From NCBI GenBank assembly GCA_964019425.1, contig OZ025798.1:682001-746000 (forward strand): a stretch of 64,000 nucleotides of DNA, written 5' to 3'. The position numbers were made by a program, and so were the translations under genes. The DNA is from Flectonema sp. DT1601 (lineage: Eukaryota). The first letter of the stretch is position 1. The number at the start of each line of letters is the position of its first letter. This document shows, one piece after another, positions 48,700-60,454 of the stretch. Under the pieces are notes generated by a model. That model was not told the origin of the DNA. It made no database searches and saw nothing but the letters and a program-made list of their open reading frames with translations.

Positions 48700-49830
48700 A
48701 TGGAACCAGAGCGCAGGGTAATTCGAAACACCGCGGTGACGGCCTTGTTGTTTGCGGTGTTAAAGTTAGTTAGAACAGTACGTTATGGCAGAAAGAAGAA
48801 GGTGGCATCTGGACCACCAAGATTTAAACTTCCTCCTTTGGAACCTCTTGGAGAGTGGGAAGAACTGCTGAAGTGCTCGGCAGGGATTGGATCCTCGACA
48901 GCTGTATATGAAATCGCTAAACGGATTGCAGGGCAGAGAGTAGCGGCTGTGTTGTCTGTAGGGCCTCTAAGGTACTTCTTAGATGATCCAAGACTAAGGA
49001 TTAGTTTCAAGTTTTTAATTGCTTTTATCACTGGTCAGGTCATTATAGATCTCCTACCGATGCTTAAGAAATATCCGCTCCTACTGATGTTTCCTTCAAC
49101 AGCGCAGCTTCTCTCTTGGTGGCTCTACTCAGACGATGGCTTACCTCGAGACTATATTAACTTCTTATATGGAATGGGAATGATCGAACGTGACAGAGTT
49201 CTCTCCTTTAGACGTCTTTTATTTGAGGGAGGTAAAAATAAGGATTGGAAGCCTTACTGCTTCCCTATTGCCGAGGGGGGTCAGCATGAATTTGATGAAA
49301 AAAGCATTGTATCAATGTCGAAGGCTATGGCTAGTTTCTTTGCCAACCACATGAAAAGTACTATTCCTTTTTACATGAAAATTTACGGCTTTCGTCTTCT
49401 TTACTACTTCCTTTCTGGTTCTGCGAAGGCTCAGGTTAAGACGCGTTTTACGGGATTGGTGACAGACATCCTCAGATCATCAGTCTTCCTGTCTGGGTAC
49501 TGTACCGCTGCGTATGTAGGTCTTTCCGGTCTCGTAAAGTTCTTTCCTGAATATAATTGCAACCCAGTTTCACTGTGGGTGGCTCTCAGTGTAACAGCTT
49601 TTCCGCTGTTGGTGGAATCAAAATCACAGCAGAGAACTATTTCATTCTACTGTGCCACATTTGGTGTTTACCCAGTCCTTCAGAAATTCGGACTTTTTGA
49701 CGTCGCTGGTCTGCTTTCAGCGACTGCTATTGGATCCGGACGGGCTGTTCCACCTCTTCCATTGAGACTTATTTGGGGTGAGAATCCAGGACAAGTTGCT
49801 AAGGTTGTTAAGGCGGCTGCAGGCAAATAA
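48700..49830 (+). CDS. Multi-pass membrane protein, TMEM135-like
   Basis: 376-aa ATG ORF with several hydrophobic segments. RSSVFLS and LVESKSQQRTISFYC resemble TMEM135 C-terminal motifs. The product call is weaker than the gene call. Confidence 0.65.
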   Translation: MEPERRVIRNTAVTALLFAVLKLVRTVRYGRKKKVASGPPRFKLPPLEPLGEWEELLKCSAGIGSSTAVYEIAKRIAGQRVAAVLSVGPLRYFLDDPRLRISFKFLIAFITGQVIIDLLPMLKKYPLLLMFPSTAQLLSWWLYSDDGLPRDYINFLYGMGMIERDRVLSFRRLLFEGGKNKDWKPYCFPIAEGGQHEFDEKSIVSMSKAMASFFANHMKSTIPFYMKIYGFRLLYYFLSGSAKAQVKTRFTGLVTDILRSSVFLSGYCTAAYVGLSGLVKFFPEYNCNPVSLWVALSVTAFPLLVESKSQQRTISFYCATFGVYPVLQKFGLFDVAGLLSATAIGSGRAVPPLPLRLIWGENPGQVAKVVKAAAGK

Positions 49831-52200
49831 GCTACTCGTCTGTAATTACTTGTTTACATGAAAAAATATGGATAGCATCTGCAAGAATCAATATTATAGC
49901 AGCAATTATTTTTAGACTTAAAGTGCATCTGTCTCCAACTGTATAGAAAACGACGGGTTTTTGCACTTACGTAAAAGATAGGAGATTCTTGTCGTGCTCG
50001 AATCTTGTTGCTCTGCTTTGTTTATTATTGTAAAATTGTCCTATCCAACTCATTCTCCGTGTGTTAGCTCTTTACTGTTTTTTGTGAACGAATTGTCTGT
50101 GGGGTGGGGTGACTACAATATTTGCAAGGTTTTATCATCTGCTGTATCTGTATCTGTTCCTTGGACAATGATTAATTTTAATTCGCTGTGTGCTTCTTGT
50201 ACTTTGGTTGGACCCTTAGGACAGGAAAAAAGAAAAGAAAAAAAAAGAATACCCCAGTTTAGTATTATTATGTAACCGACGTGATCGTGTCATTCCCTGT
50301 AGTTTCTTACATTATTACTCAATTAGCCGTGGGAAAAAAAAAAAAAAAAAGAAAAAAAAAAAGGAAATAAAAAAATAGTGTTTTGCTACATTTTGTAGGT
50401 ATTTCTATTCAAGTTAGTGTTGGACTCATCCGATGGTTGCTAATTGCTACCGAATAAGTACGACTATGGGCATATTTAGTTGGTATTGGAATCAGTAACG
50501 GTCGTACATTTTCTATTTTATTTTGTAGCCTTTTTATTGATTTCCATTTTGTGTGAGGTAAAACTCGTTTATTTGTGGAGTAATGGAAACCAGCAAAAAA
50601 ATGAAATTCCGACTGTGAACTGCTATTGCAGTTGGCGAGTTAGGGTTCCTGCTATTGGTAAGAGTAGTTTTGTGGCACGTCGACTATTCCCTTCCCTCTC
50701 CCCTTCCATCAAGTTACCCTCCCAGTTATACATACATGGTTCATAGCTGCATGACTCTGTGTCATCCCGCACCGTTGCTTCTTCATTTCCATCCAGACGC
50801 CTTTGCTTGCACTGATATGCTTGATCCTTTTTTTTTTGAGCAGCCTCAAGGGCCGTCTGAGGAAAGGGGAAAAAAAAAAAAAAGAAAAAAAAAAAGAAAA
50901 AATAATAATAACCGGATGCTAAACAAATAAACAGCCTCGATTAAGCGAAATCTTCACAGATATCCTTGTCTTCGTATGCACCTGTTTGGCACCCATGTAC
51001 CCCCAACACAATCAGCCTGATTATTTGCACGAAGTCTTGTAAGTCGTGTCAAAAACCACTCAAAGGATGACTTGACTGCCTTCTAGGTAATTGTCTTCTG
51101 TTTTTACATGTGTTGTGGTCGTGGGTTGAACCACTGAGTAGGAATACCACCTCTCATCTGTCTGGCAGTTGGATCAGAAAATAAGAAAAAGAAAATCAGA
51201 CGAAAAAGAAAAAAAAGTTCGTACCATCACATATAAGTTTTGATGCTCTCTTTGTTGATAGCCTAGCTTATAAGGATTAGGACGCGGCACGTTTTTGTCG
51301 ATGAGAACATTGTTATAAAAGAAAAAAAAAGATCGCGGGATAGTGACCGCCCCTTTCAGCCTTGGGCTATAGGTTTGTGTTGAGGCCACACATTCCCTTT
51401 CCTCTTTTTTTTAAAAAATAGAATGATAATTTATGACTCGCAAAAAAAATAAAACATAAAGCTGTAAACTCTTGTCAGTTTACAAAGTGATTTTGATTAT
51501 TGTTTTTCGTGCTCACGATCTGTGTTGCAGGACGTGACTAGCTTTAATTCCTACTGAAAAATGAAGCGAGCGACTAGTCTTACTTACAAGTTGAAGAAAA
51601 GTCCACTGAAGCAGCCGGAGTTGGGATCGTTTCCTCAGTACGCCGGTCAAAAAGCGTTCTCCTTTTCCCACTGCATCCCATCCAATCAAAATCCCATTAT
51701 TCAGCCTTCCTCGCGTTAGTACAGTAGTTTCCCCTCCTTTTTGTACCCTGCGCTTTCTTCCCGCTCTCCTCCCTTTCTTGTTGTGGATGCGGCAGTTAAT
51801 TACCAGTGTTCAGAAATTATTACTACAATAGGTTACTATGACATAGTGACCATTATCTGAAGAACAGGTATCTGCGTCGCGTGTTGTCATATATCAATGG
51901 CAGGTGCTTTCACCTGTTTTTCGTTGTCGTTATTGTTGTAAGTTAAGGCAAAAAAGCAACCGGTCTCACATAAACGTCGAAGGCTCGTCAGCTAGTTGTC
52001 ATTCTTTACGTTTATTCCCCCTTTTTTATTTTGATGTTCGAGCTGAACTGCTCGGAATCAAGCAAAGTATCGAATAATAAATTATCTAGAAGATCACGTT
52101 GGGAGATCTGCTTGAGATATTGTCTCAGTTCACATTTGTTGATTTAATTTTTTTTTAAAAAAAGTCGTGATTTGTATTTCATCTGTTAATATTTTATTAA

Positions 52201-54600
52201 ATGTTCAGATACAACAATATGAAGATCCCAATAAAGGGTTCAGACCGTACTGATATCCCAAGTGTCTTATGCCTGCACGGGTCTCATCAGGATGGTGAAA
52301 TATTCTCGCAAAGAATCAAACAGCTCATTTCAAGATTGAAAGGAAAAATTAATTTTAGATTCCTATCGGCGGAGATAGAAATGGAGTTGCAAGAAGGAGA
52401 GGAAGTACCAATGCGAACTTGGTGGTCTGAGGGAGGAGATAAAACACAAATACACAGAGCTATAAACATTGTACACGATGAGTGGACATCTTTCCCAAAC
52501 TACATTGGTCTGATTGGATTCTCTCAAGGCGCATCTTTGTGCGCATATGTAATGAAGCAACCACTTCGGTTTCCTGGACTTCTGTTTGGAGTTCTAGGGG
52601 GAGGTGTGCTTGATAAAAGTATAACGGATCTTTCTCCGTCTCACGACGATCCTCCAGGGTTGTTTTTTGCAGGCATGGCCGACACTCTTGTTCCTGCATC
52701 CGACACAAAACACCTATCATCTACTTTCAATAATCCAATATATGTAGAGCATCCTGGAGGTCATTCCTTACCAATGGGTGCAAGTCAACTCGATGTTATG
52801 TCTCCTTTTATGTTGGAAAAGATTAGAAATCAGCCTCTCACTGATGATACAATCGAAGAAATTGAAACTCTGACAGCTGTTTATGAGGAAGTTGTATTTG
52901 ATGATAATAAGAAATGTATTCAATTTGATCAAACTATTGAGTCTGGGAGGTATACAGATTGCACCATTCGTATTAAGATTGATATTCCATCTTTGTATCC
53001 TGATGTCATTCCGAGAGTAGAATTTTCAGAAGTAAAGGGTCCTGGGGGATGGGTTCAAAAGAGTACTTGGAAGAACGAACTGAAAGACTACTGCGCCAGT
53101 CAGTGTAATGATATTTTAGGTTCTCCAATGTTGTACGCACTTAAAGATATCATTGTTGAATTCTTATCAGAAGTAAGTTCAAGAAAACAAGATCTCCAAC
53201 AATGTGGACTACCAGAAGAAGTTCTTATAGATAGCGTCCTCACTGAAACTGAAGAACAGAGAGCAGCTAATGTAAATGAAGCGACCACTATGATGCAAAA
53301 CATTGAAATTATTGATTCTGACTGGTCAGATGCCTGGGGTAAAGGAGGTCAATGGAAGTACGTAATAGGATTAGTTGGGAAGCCATCCGCTGGCAAGAGT
53401 ACTCTTTTCAATGCTGCTTCTGGAGATGCAACTGCTGCTCGCGTAGCTGCACATCCTTTTACTACTATTGAGCCGAATACTGGAGACGCTTTTGCGTGCA
53501 TTCCATGTTTGTGTCAAAACTCTAAATTACGAAATCAATTTAATATCTCTTCTCAATGTGATGCTCATCACGGACACGCAGCCAACGGAAAACGCTTCTG
53601 TCCGATAACAGTCAGAGATGTAGCTGGTCTCGTACCTGGAGCATATCAAGGTCGAGGTAAGGGAAATAAATTCTTAGACGACCTCAACGACGCTGATGTT
53701 TTAGTGCACGTGGTAGACGCTTCAGGTTTGACTAACTCCGAAGGTACTGAGACCGACAAGTCAGATGAGAAAGCTGTTCTGGAAGAAGTTCGATGGGTTC
53801 GAAGAGAAATCCACCAATGGATTTATACAAATGTATCGAGAAAGTGGGATGCACTTCGACGAAAACCCCAGCGTCTGCCAATAATGTTTACCGGATATCA
53901 CGCAACAGAAGCTATGGTCGCTCTTGCAGCCAAGAAGGCCGGCATTTCTCAACAGGAATTAGAATCATTAGTCTCATGGCCAGCCATTACTTTACATAAG
54001 TTGGTTGCTGCGTTCATTAAAGTTCGATTCCCTGTCGTGATTGCGATGAATAAATGTGATGTTGGAACGGCTGTTAAGAATTCTGAATTTGTTAGACAGA
54101 ACTTACCTAAGAATCAACCTGTTGTTGATCTCTCAGCTAATTATGAAACTCAACTAATTCAACTTCGAGATGCGGGTAAAATTAGTTATCGAGTAGGAGG
54201 TGTTCCTGAAGGTGAAGTCCCTGATCATATTACAAGGTTTCTAGCAAGTCATGGAAACACGACAGGAGTCACAGAAGTAATCTCAATGGCCGTGTCATTA
54301 AGACCAACAGTTAGAGTATATCCAATAACTGATGCCTCCACATTGAATTCATACGGAGATGGGATACTAAGACACTGTTTACAACTAACTCCTGGATCTA
54401 CTGCTGCTGATTTGTTTAGGGTCTTGTCTCGTTCTCATTTTGTAGAAGGTGATTACATTAGAGCCAGTATCGTTGCTGCAGACTACTCTGATTATCCAAT
54501 TAAAAAGGAGGTTCTTATTCCACAAGATTCCGCTATTCGTGTGATGACTAACAGAAAGTCAAAGTGGCAGGCTGATCACAAACCTGCTGGTGGTAGGTAG
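52201..54600 (+). CDS. Fusion: FSH1-type serine hydrolase + RWD domain + Obg-family (Ygr210c-like) GTPase
   Basis: LCLHG, GFSQGA, D, HPGGH; EEIETLTAVY..YPDVIP..LGSPMLY; GKPSAGKST, FTTIEPN, DVAGLVPGA..GRG.GNKFLDDL, NKCD. Confidence 0.9.
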   Translation: MFRYNNMKIPIKGSDRTDIPSVLCLHGSHQDGEIFSQRIKQLISRLKGKINFRFLSAEIEMELQEGEEVPMRTWWSEGGDKTQIHRAINIVHDEWTSFPNYIGLIGFSQGASLCAYVMKQPLRFPGLLFGVLGGGVLDKSITDLSPSHDDPPGLFFAGMADTLVPASDTKHLSSTFNNPIYVEHPGGHSLPMGASQLDVMSPFMLEKIRNQPLTDDTIEEIETLTAVYEEVVFDDNKKCIQFDQTIESGRYTDCTIRIKIDIPSLYPDVIPRVEFSEVKGPGGWVQKSTWKNELKDYCASQCNDILGSPMLYALKDIIVEFLSEVSSRKQDLQQCGLPEEVLIDSVLTETEEQRAANVNEATTMMQNIEIIDSDWSDAWGKGGQWKYVIGLVGKPSAGKSTLFNAASGDATAARVAAHPFTTIEPNTGDAFACIPCLCQNSKLRNQFNISSQCDAHHGHAANGKRFCPITVRDVAGLVPGAYQGRGKGNKFLDDLNDADVLVHVVDASGLTNSEGTETDKSDEKAVLEEVRWVRREIHQWIYTNVSRKWDALRRKPQRLPIMFTGYHATEAMVALAAKKAGISQQELESLVSWPAITLHKLVAAFIKVRFPVVIAMNKCDVGTAVKNSEFVRQNLPKNQPVVDLSANYETQLIQLRDAGKISYRVGGVPEGEVPDHITRFLASHGNTTGVTEVISMAVSLRPTVRVYPITDASTLNSYGDGILRHCLQLTPGSTAADLFRVLSRSHFVEGDYIRASIVAADYSDYPIKKEVLIPQDSAIRVMTNRKSKWQADHKPAGGR

Positions 54601-54819
54601 TATCTTGATTATTTTTTTTTTATCCTTGTTCTCGTACCATTGAGTGCACAAATATCTATCCAAAAGGCGGCACTCTTTGTTGTACCAATACGTGAAGATT
54701 TGGATTCATTTTATTCTGATTGTTGTTTTATTTTATAACTCTATTCATCCCCCCCTTTTTTTATTCTTCAGAATCCCGTCACTTCGTGAAATCTTAGAAA
54801 GATACATATAAAAAAAAAG

Positions 54820-55356
54820 ATGTTTACATTGTTATCGGCTTTCACTGACTTCATCACAGTAGATACTGACGAAGTAGAGACGAAGTATGAATTTGACTTC
54901 GATGAGAATTTTATGAAATGTGTTGATGAGGTTGTAAGTATACCAAATCTATTCTTGAAAGGTAAGAAAGATGTATTTGTATGGACCGATGAAAGGCTTT
55001 CACATGCAGTTGCTATTTTACAGAAATCACAACCATTGGAAAAACTTCGATACAAACTCTGTCCAGGTAAAATAACAGAAGAACATTTCTGGTTTACATA
55101 CTTTGCCTTATTGGATGAAGCGTTACCGGAAGAATTACGTCTGGACACATCTGCGATCCAATTTAATAATTTCATAGATTCCGACGACGATGAATCTGTA
55201 TCCTCAAATACCGTTGAAAGTACAATAATGTCGTCTGCGCCATCAAGTCAAGGATTAGATTGGATGGTTGACAACCCGCATTGGTCATGTAGCACTTGTT
55301 TATATCACAATAACTCTCTTTCATCAGAATGTGAGATGTGCTCGGCCAGTCAATAG
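54820..55356 (+). CDS. BSD-domain protein with C-terminal RanBP2-type Zn finger
   Basis: LRYKLCPGKITEEHFWFTYF (BSD) and WSCSTCLYHN.....CEMC. Confidence 0.85.
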   Translation: MFTLLSAFTDFITVDTDEVETKYEFDFDENFMKCVDEVVSIPNLFLKGKKDVFVWTDERLSHAVAILQKSQPLEKLRYKLCPGKITEEHFWFTYFALLDEALPEELRLDTSAIQFNNFIDSDDDESVSSNTVESTIMSSAPSSQGLDWMVDNPHWSCSTCLYHNNSLSSECEMCSASQ

Positions 55357-55644
55357 GTTGCCAAGTAGCCATTTCTCTGTCTCTTTTTCTCACTCTTTTT
55401 TTTTTTTTTTTTTTTTGTCTCTTGAAGGAGGTCTTTTTTGTTTTATTTCAAAATTGTTGTCACAAACCGTTTTCTTAGTAATTCTCAAAACAAAACAAAA
55501 CAAAATATACAACAAACAAAAAAACATAACTAAGCATGGTTTTATATCCGTTAATCTGATGTATTTCTCCCACTTATAAATATCGCGACATCGTGTTGCC
55601 TTATTTGCATGTATGACTCATGATTATGTCAACTATTCTCAGAA

Positions 55645-55680
<36 letters not shown>

Positions 55681-56910
55681 GTTAACAGGCCATCGATTGG
55701 AAGGCGGCGATCCTTCAATGTTCTTGCCGTTTCCAATTATTACATAAGCGACCCTGAGCTGCTTGATTTTCTTTTTCTTTTTTTGCACCGACGAAGTCGG
55801 AGAAGAAACTATTCAGCTTAAGAGCCGTTTTATTTATTATCTGCGATCAACAAAATACATTGATAAGGCTTATCTGAATAATGTTCTTTTGAAACTTCGA
55901 AATTTAGCTAATCTCTACTCGTTAGGTAATTATCAATTGGTTACTGGATACCAATGAATGTCTGATAACGAAATCGATTGATTCCTGATTTGAGTTTTTT
56001 TTTTAATTTTAATTTTAATTTTTTTTTTTTTTTAGTCTCTTGGTCTTGTGGCCATTTTTTATGATGTGCTGACGTCGCTCTTCTTCGCTGGAAAATTCAT
56101 TGAGGTTTTCCCTTTCCCTTTCCCTTTTCCCTTTTTTTTTTTTTTTTTTTTGTTGTTGTGGAAAAAAGATAAAAAAAAATAAAGAGGAACGATAACTCCA
56201 ATATGTTCACATCTTTCATCTTATTGCTGCTATCAAGGTTCACACACTTAATTGAATGCCCAATAAGGAAGTTGTTTTTGTTCGATCAGTCAATCAACGA
56301 TCCTGTCTTGTCACTTAACAAGGATACTAAATAATCAATCTACTTTTTTTTCCCCCCCGTCTCCTCCCCTTTTCATTTTTTTTTTAAAAATTATTTTTAT
56401 CTTGACCTCCGAAAGAGAATCTTAAAAAAAGAAAAGAAAAAAAGAATTTTTTCAAGCAGTTATTTAGTTTATTTATTTAAAGGAAAAATTGTTTTGGGGT
56501 TTTTTTTTTTTTTTTTTTTTTTTTTATTGTTTTCCTTGTACGAGATAATATTGTCTCGTGTAAGAGGTATTGAAAAAAAAAGAAAAAGAGAAATAAAGAA
56601 ATCTCACTAACGATTTTAGTCCAATTCCGCAAGAAGAAAAAAAGATGGTTTACATTGAACAGCCAAAAAAGTTTCGAAATAACTACGAATCAAAGCGTTT
56701 CGATGTTTACCCAATTTTTTCTGAAGTTTTATCAATTTTTTTTTTTAACCTTAAAAAGGTTGTAGAAATGCGTAGAAACGCACATCTCCTACCAGTGTGT
56801 TCGCTTTCACATTGTCAGGCGTGTGTTTGTTTACAATTTTACTGTATTCTGTTGTCTCATTAATATTTTTTATTAGAGATATTATTTATTGTAATAACAG
56901 TGACAGTTAT

Positions 56911-57153
56911 ACACAAAAAACCTTTCCTTGGAGTATTATGTTCGCTGTGTTATTATTTTTTTTTTTTTTTGCATATTTGAAAAAAAAAAAATCAACCCAC
57001 ACTTCCCCTTATAACTTCATTAATTAAAGAAAACAAAGAGGATCCTGAGAGTCCCCAAGAGGGTACTTTTCTCCTATCTCTGGCACAAGGACTGCGCGCC
57101 TCCGTTGCTTGATCAACCTTATTCAAATCATCGACAGCGCGTCATTGAAGCCA

Positions 57154-57188
<35 letters not shown>

Positions 57189-57542
57189 TGTGCTTACAAA
57201 GCGTAACTAACCTATTCCTTTGTACTGGTTGCGCGCAAACAAAACAAAAATGTGAGTAAAAAAAGGTGAAGTTTACTGATCCTTTTGATTTATTTTTATT
57301 TAAGAAAAAAATAGTTTTTTGTTAGAGATATTTTTTTTTTATTGCAAATCGCAGAGACAGCTATACTGGCTCTTTTTTCACAAAAACCCTTTCCTGGAGT
57401 ATAACGTTGGCTGTGTCTTTTTTTTTTTTTTTTGCATATTTAAAAAAAATCATCCCACACTTCCCCTTATAACTTTATTAATTAAAGAAAACGAGGAATG
57501 CTTGTAGCTAGCATGAGGACTGCGTGCCTTCGTTGCTTGATC
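56911..57542 (+). repeat. Imperfect intergenic direct repeat (~170-200 bp x2)
   Basis: ~56911-57115 and ~57378-57542 share CCCACACTTCCCCTTATAACTT and AGGACTGCG..CGTTGCTTGATC. Confidence 0.75.
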
Positions 57543-59176
57543 GGCATTCTGTTTTCCTCTTTTGTTGTGTTTTACATTCTGTCTGTCCAGTATCAGATTT
57601 TATATATTAAGAATCTCGAGGAGCTATTCGATTCTCTTCGGGTGTTCTTCAACTGATGGTTCTCGACAGCATGTGGGACTCGATGACTATCTGGATTGGT
57701 TATTTATATTACAATTGTTGTGTTATTGCGCTACTCCATCAGCTTCAGGTCCTCAATTAGTTAATGCAATTGAGACCATCAGCGATTAGAAATTATTTAT
57801 TTCATTTTCATTTTTTTTTTTTTTTTTTATACCGATCGAAGGGATTAATATGTTGCGTTGGTTTGAATACTGTCGCTTTCATCGATCCTTTTTCCTTCTC
57901 TTTTATTTTATTTATACATTACTTTTATTTCATTAACTAACTAGAAATAGTATTTTTCTGTAAGACGATGCAAGAAGAGAAGTATCAGAATGTTGATTTC
58001 CTTCTTATGTTTTCTCGTCTTTCGGAGGCATTTCAAAGTTGTAATAATGGCTAAGAAGTTCTGTTGTCAATGCTACGAATTGTTTCCTATTTGACATTTT
58101 TTGACGTCTAGAGTGCAGTGGCGGTGACGTTTGTGTGAGTTGCAACCTGTTTTCTTATGATGTTTTCTTTAATGAAATTTGGTTACCAACTTCTTCACTT
58201 GTTTCCCCCACCTTTTCTTTTTTTTTTTAATTGCGATAATTTATCCTATTCTTTCAAATGAAAGAGGAAGTTCCCATCAGTGTTGTCACTTCTTGTGGTC
58301 ACACAGAGTAGACCTCCCCCTTAAATAAATCATTGCAACCGCAGACTGCTCACTTCATGTGGGGTTATTTTTGTTTGGTGAATGCTGTTTCTTTCTTTCT
58401 TTCCTGGTCAGTTCGAAGTCTTGTGCGAAAATTAACACATTTCTTAAAATAGTTACCTTCCTTGATCTGGAGGGAGGTTATGTGAGAAGTTGTGACGATC
58501 AAGAAAAGAAAAAAAAAAAAAAAAAAAAGAAACGAAAAAAAAAAAAAATCAACATTCTCCCAACACCAACAACACCAACAACCGTAGCAGACGGACGTGT
58601 CTTGTTTTGATTTTTATTACATCGCGTTCGGAGATATAAAAAAAAAACACTAATCGTGTTAATCTAATACCACTCTAGTGACTTGTTGCGGTATTTCTTA
58701 TGAAAACTGAATACGGTTAGTAGTGCGGAAACTTGTAAAATACTTTGTGCGTTTCAAGAATCTCCCTCTTGTGATACTTTCAATTCGTCTCTTTCCATGT
58801 CTGCAATTGGACTTATGATTCACATCGATGGTGTCGTGTTGGTGTCGTTTCTTTGATCCATTTGCTTACAGTCTGTTATGTTCGAATTCATTACGAATGT
58901 TTTTTTTTAAAAAAAGAAAAACAAAAAAAAGAAAAGGAAACTGAAAAACGCCACCTCATCAGGATGCTCTTAGATAGATGTGTGACCCACAGTTACAGTT
59001 TTTCTACATCTCTGTTATGCATATTTCGCTATAAAAAATAACTACAATCTCATCTCGTCGTAGTTAAACACGAAACTTATTAATGGTAAAAAGTAGTATG
59101 TTGGCTGTTATACCTCCCTTCTTCTACCACATTGATTACACAGATAAAACTTAATCTTTTTTTAAAAAAAAATAAA

Positions 59177-59662
59177 ATGCTCAGACTGCAAACCGAACTA
59201 GGCCGTATTGACATTCGACTCCGAACTGATAAAGCTCCAAAAACATGCGAATTAATTAAGAAGCTAACAAAGGATAAAATGTATGATGGATGTGGTTTTT
59301 ACAGAGCAGAAAAAGGATTTTGTGTGCAGGCAGGTCTACGGACAATAGATGGAAAGACAAAAGACAACCCACATGGAAAAGTCCCGTTAGAATATGACAT
59401 ACCAAACAGAAGAGGAACCGTTGCAATGGCGAGATGGGATGACCCTTCTTCAGGTAACGGTGAATGGTTCATTAATTTAGGAAATAACACAAACCTAGAT
59501 AGAACTAGCAATGAAGGTTGGGGACTCGGATTTTGCGTCTGGGGAGAAGTTGTAGAAGGTCTTGATGTCGCTGATAAGATTTCAGTACTTCCTACCCACA
59601 GCAGTGGAGGAATGTCGATGTTAAATAATACCCTCGCCTTCACACCCTCTGTAGTAGAATAG
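59177..59662 (+). CDS. Cyclophilin-type peptidyl-prolyl isomerase
   Basis: APKTC, YDGCGFYR..KGFCVQAG, RGTVAMAR, WFINL.NN.NLD, WGEVVEGLDV. First ATG at 59177. Confidence 0.92.
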   Translation: MLRLQTELGRIDIRLRTDKAPKTCELIKKLTKDKMYDGCGFYRAEKGFCVQAGLRTIDGKTKDNPHGKVPLEYDIPNRRGTVAMARWDDPSSGNGEWFINLGNNTNLDRTSNEGWGLGFCVWGEVVEGLDVADKISVLPTHSSGGMSMLNNTLAFTPSVVE

Positions 59663-59764
59663 AGTTATTTTATGTTCATCGTCGTGTATGAAGATAAAGT
59701 TATCTTTCTCCTTTTTAAGTTATTTTTTTAAACATTTTTTTCCAGATATTTTGTATCTACAGAA

Positions 59765-60158
59765 ATGACGATCAAACGCCGAAACCACGGACGTAACAAG
59801 AAGGGTCGTGGACACTGTGCGTCTATCAGATGTAGCAACTGCGCGAAGATGTGCCCAAAGGACAAGGCATGCAAGAGATTCGTAGTTAGAAACATGGTTG
59901 AGCAGGTATGTTGTTATTTTATGATTCCAATGTGATCATTTTTTTTTTTTTTTTTAAGCAAGCAATTAAATCTAACAACAGGCCGCCGTTAGAGACATGA
60001 CCGAGGCCAGCGCTATCTCCGGATACCAGCTACCAAAGTTGTACCTTAAGATTCACTACTGTGTTGCCTGCGCTATCCACAGCAGACAGGTTCGTGTCAG
60101 ATCGGTCGTCAACCGTAAGATCAGAACCCCACCAAGAAGATTCGCTCCAAGACGTTAA
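59765..60158 (+). CDS. RPS26: 40S ribosomal protein S26 (exons 59765-59905 and 59982-60158; 105 aa)
   Basis: [33 protein letters not shown] / [23 protein letters not shown]. The intron is GTATGT..CTAAC..CAG. Missed by the ORF track. Confidence 0.97.
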
Positions 60159-60214
60159 GTTGTGTCTATTCTAGGGTATTCGCGCTGAGGGAAAAAAAAA
60201 AAAATAAAAATTGA

Positions 60215-60247
<33 letters not shown>

Positions 60248-60454
60248 AGCAGCAAATTAAAATTTTCTTAAGGGACAACCTTATTAATGAACGTCTTTGA
60301 TTTGCAGTGGAACAAATAAACAGGCAAAACAACAACAACACTAATCATAATAATATTTTTTCATAACAGGCATTGATAATTAATTTCTTGTTACCTAAAC
60401 AACAGAGTAAAAGTGATTATTATTTATTATTAATTCTTAATAAAGTACCAAAAA

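Noticed and set aside
49900..52150. Small ORFs in intergenic DNA (also 55400-59100)
   Set aside because: Non-ATG starts, low complexity and no motifs. Spliced genes cannot be fully excluded.
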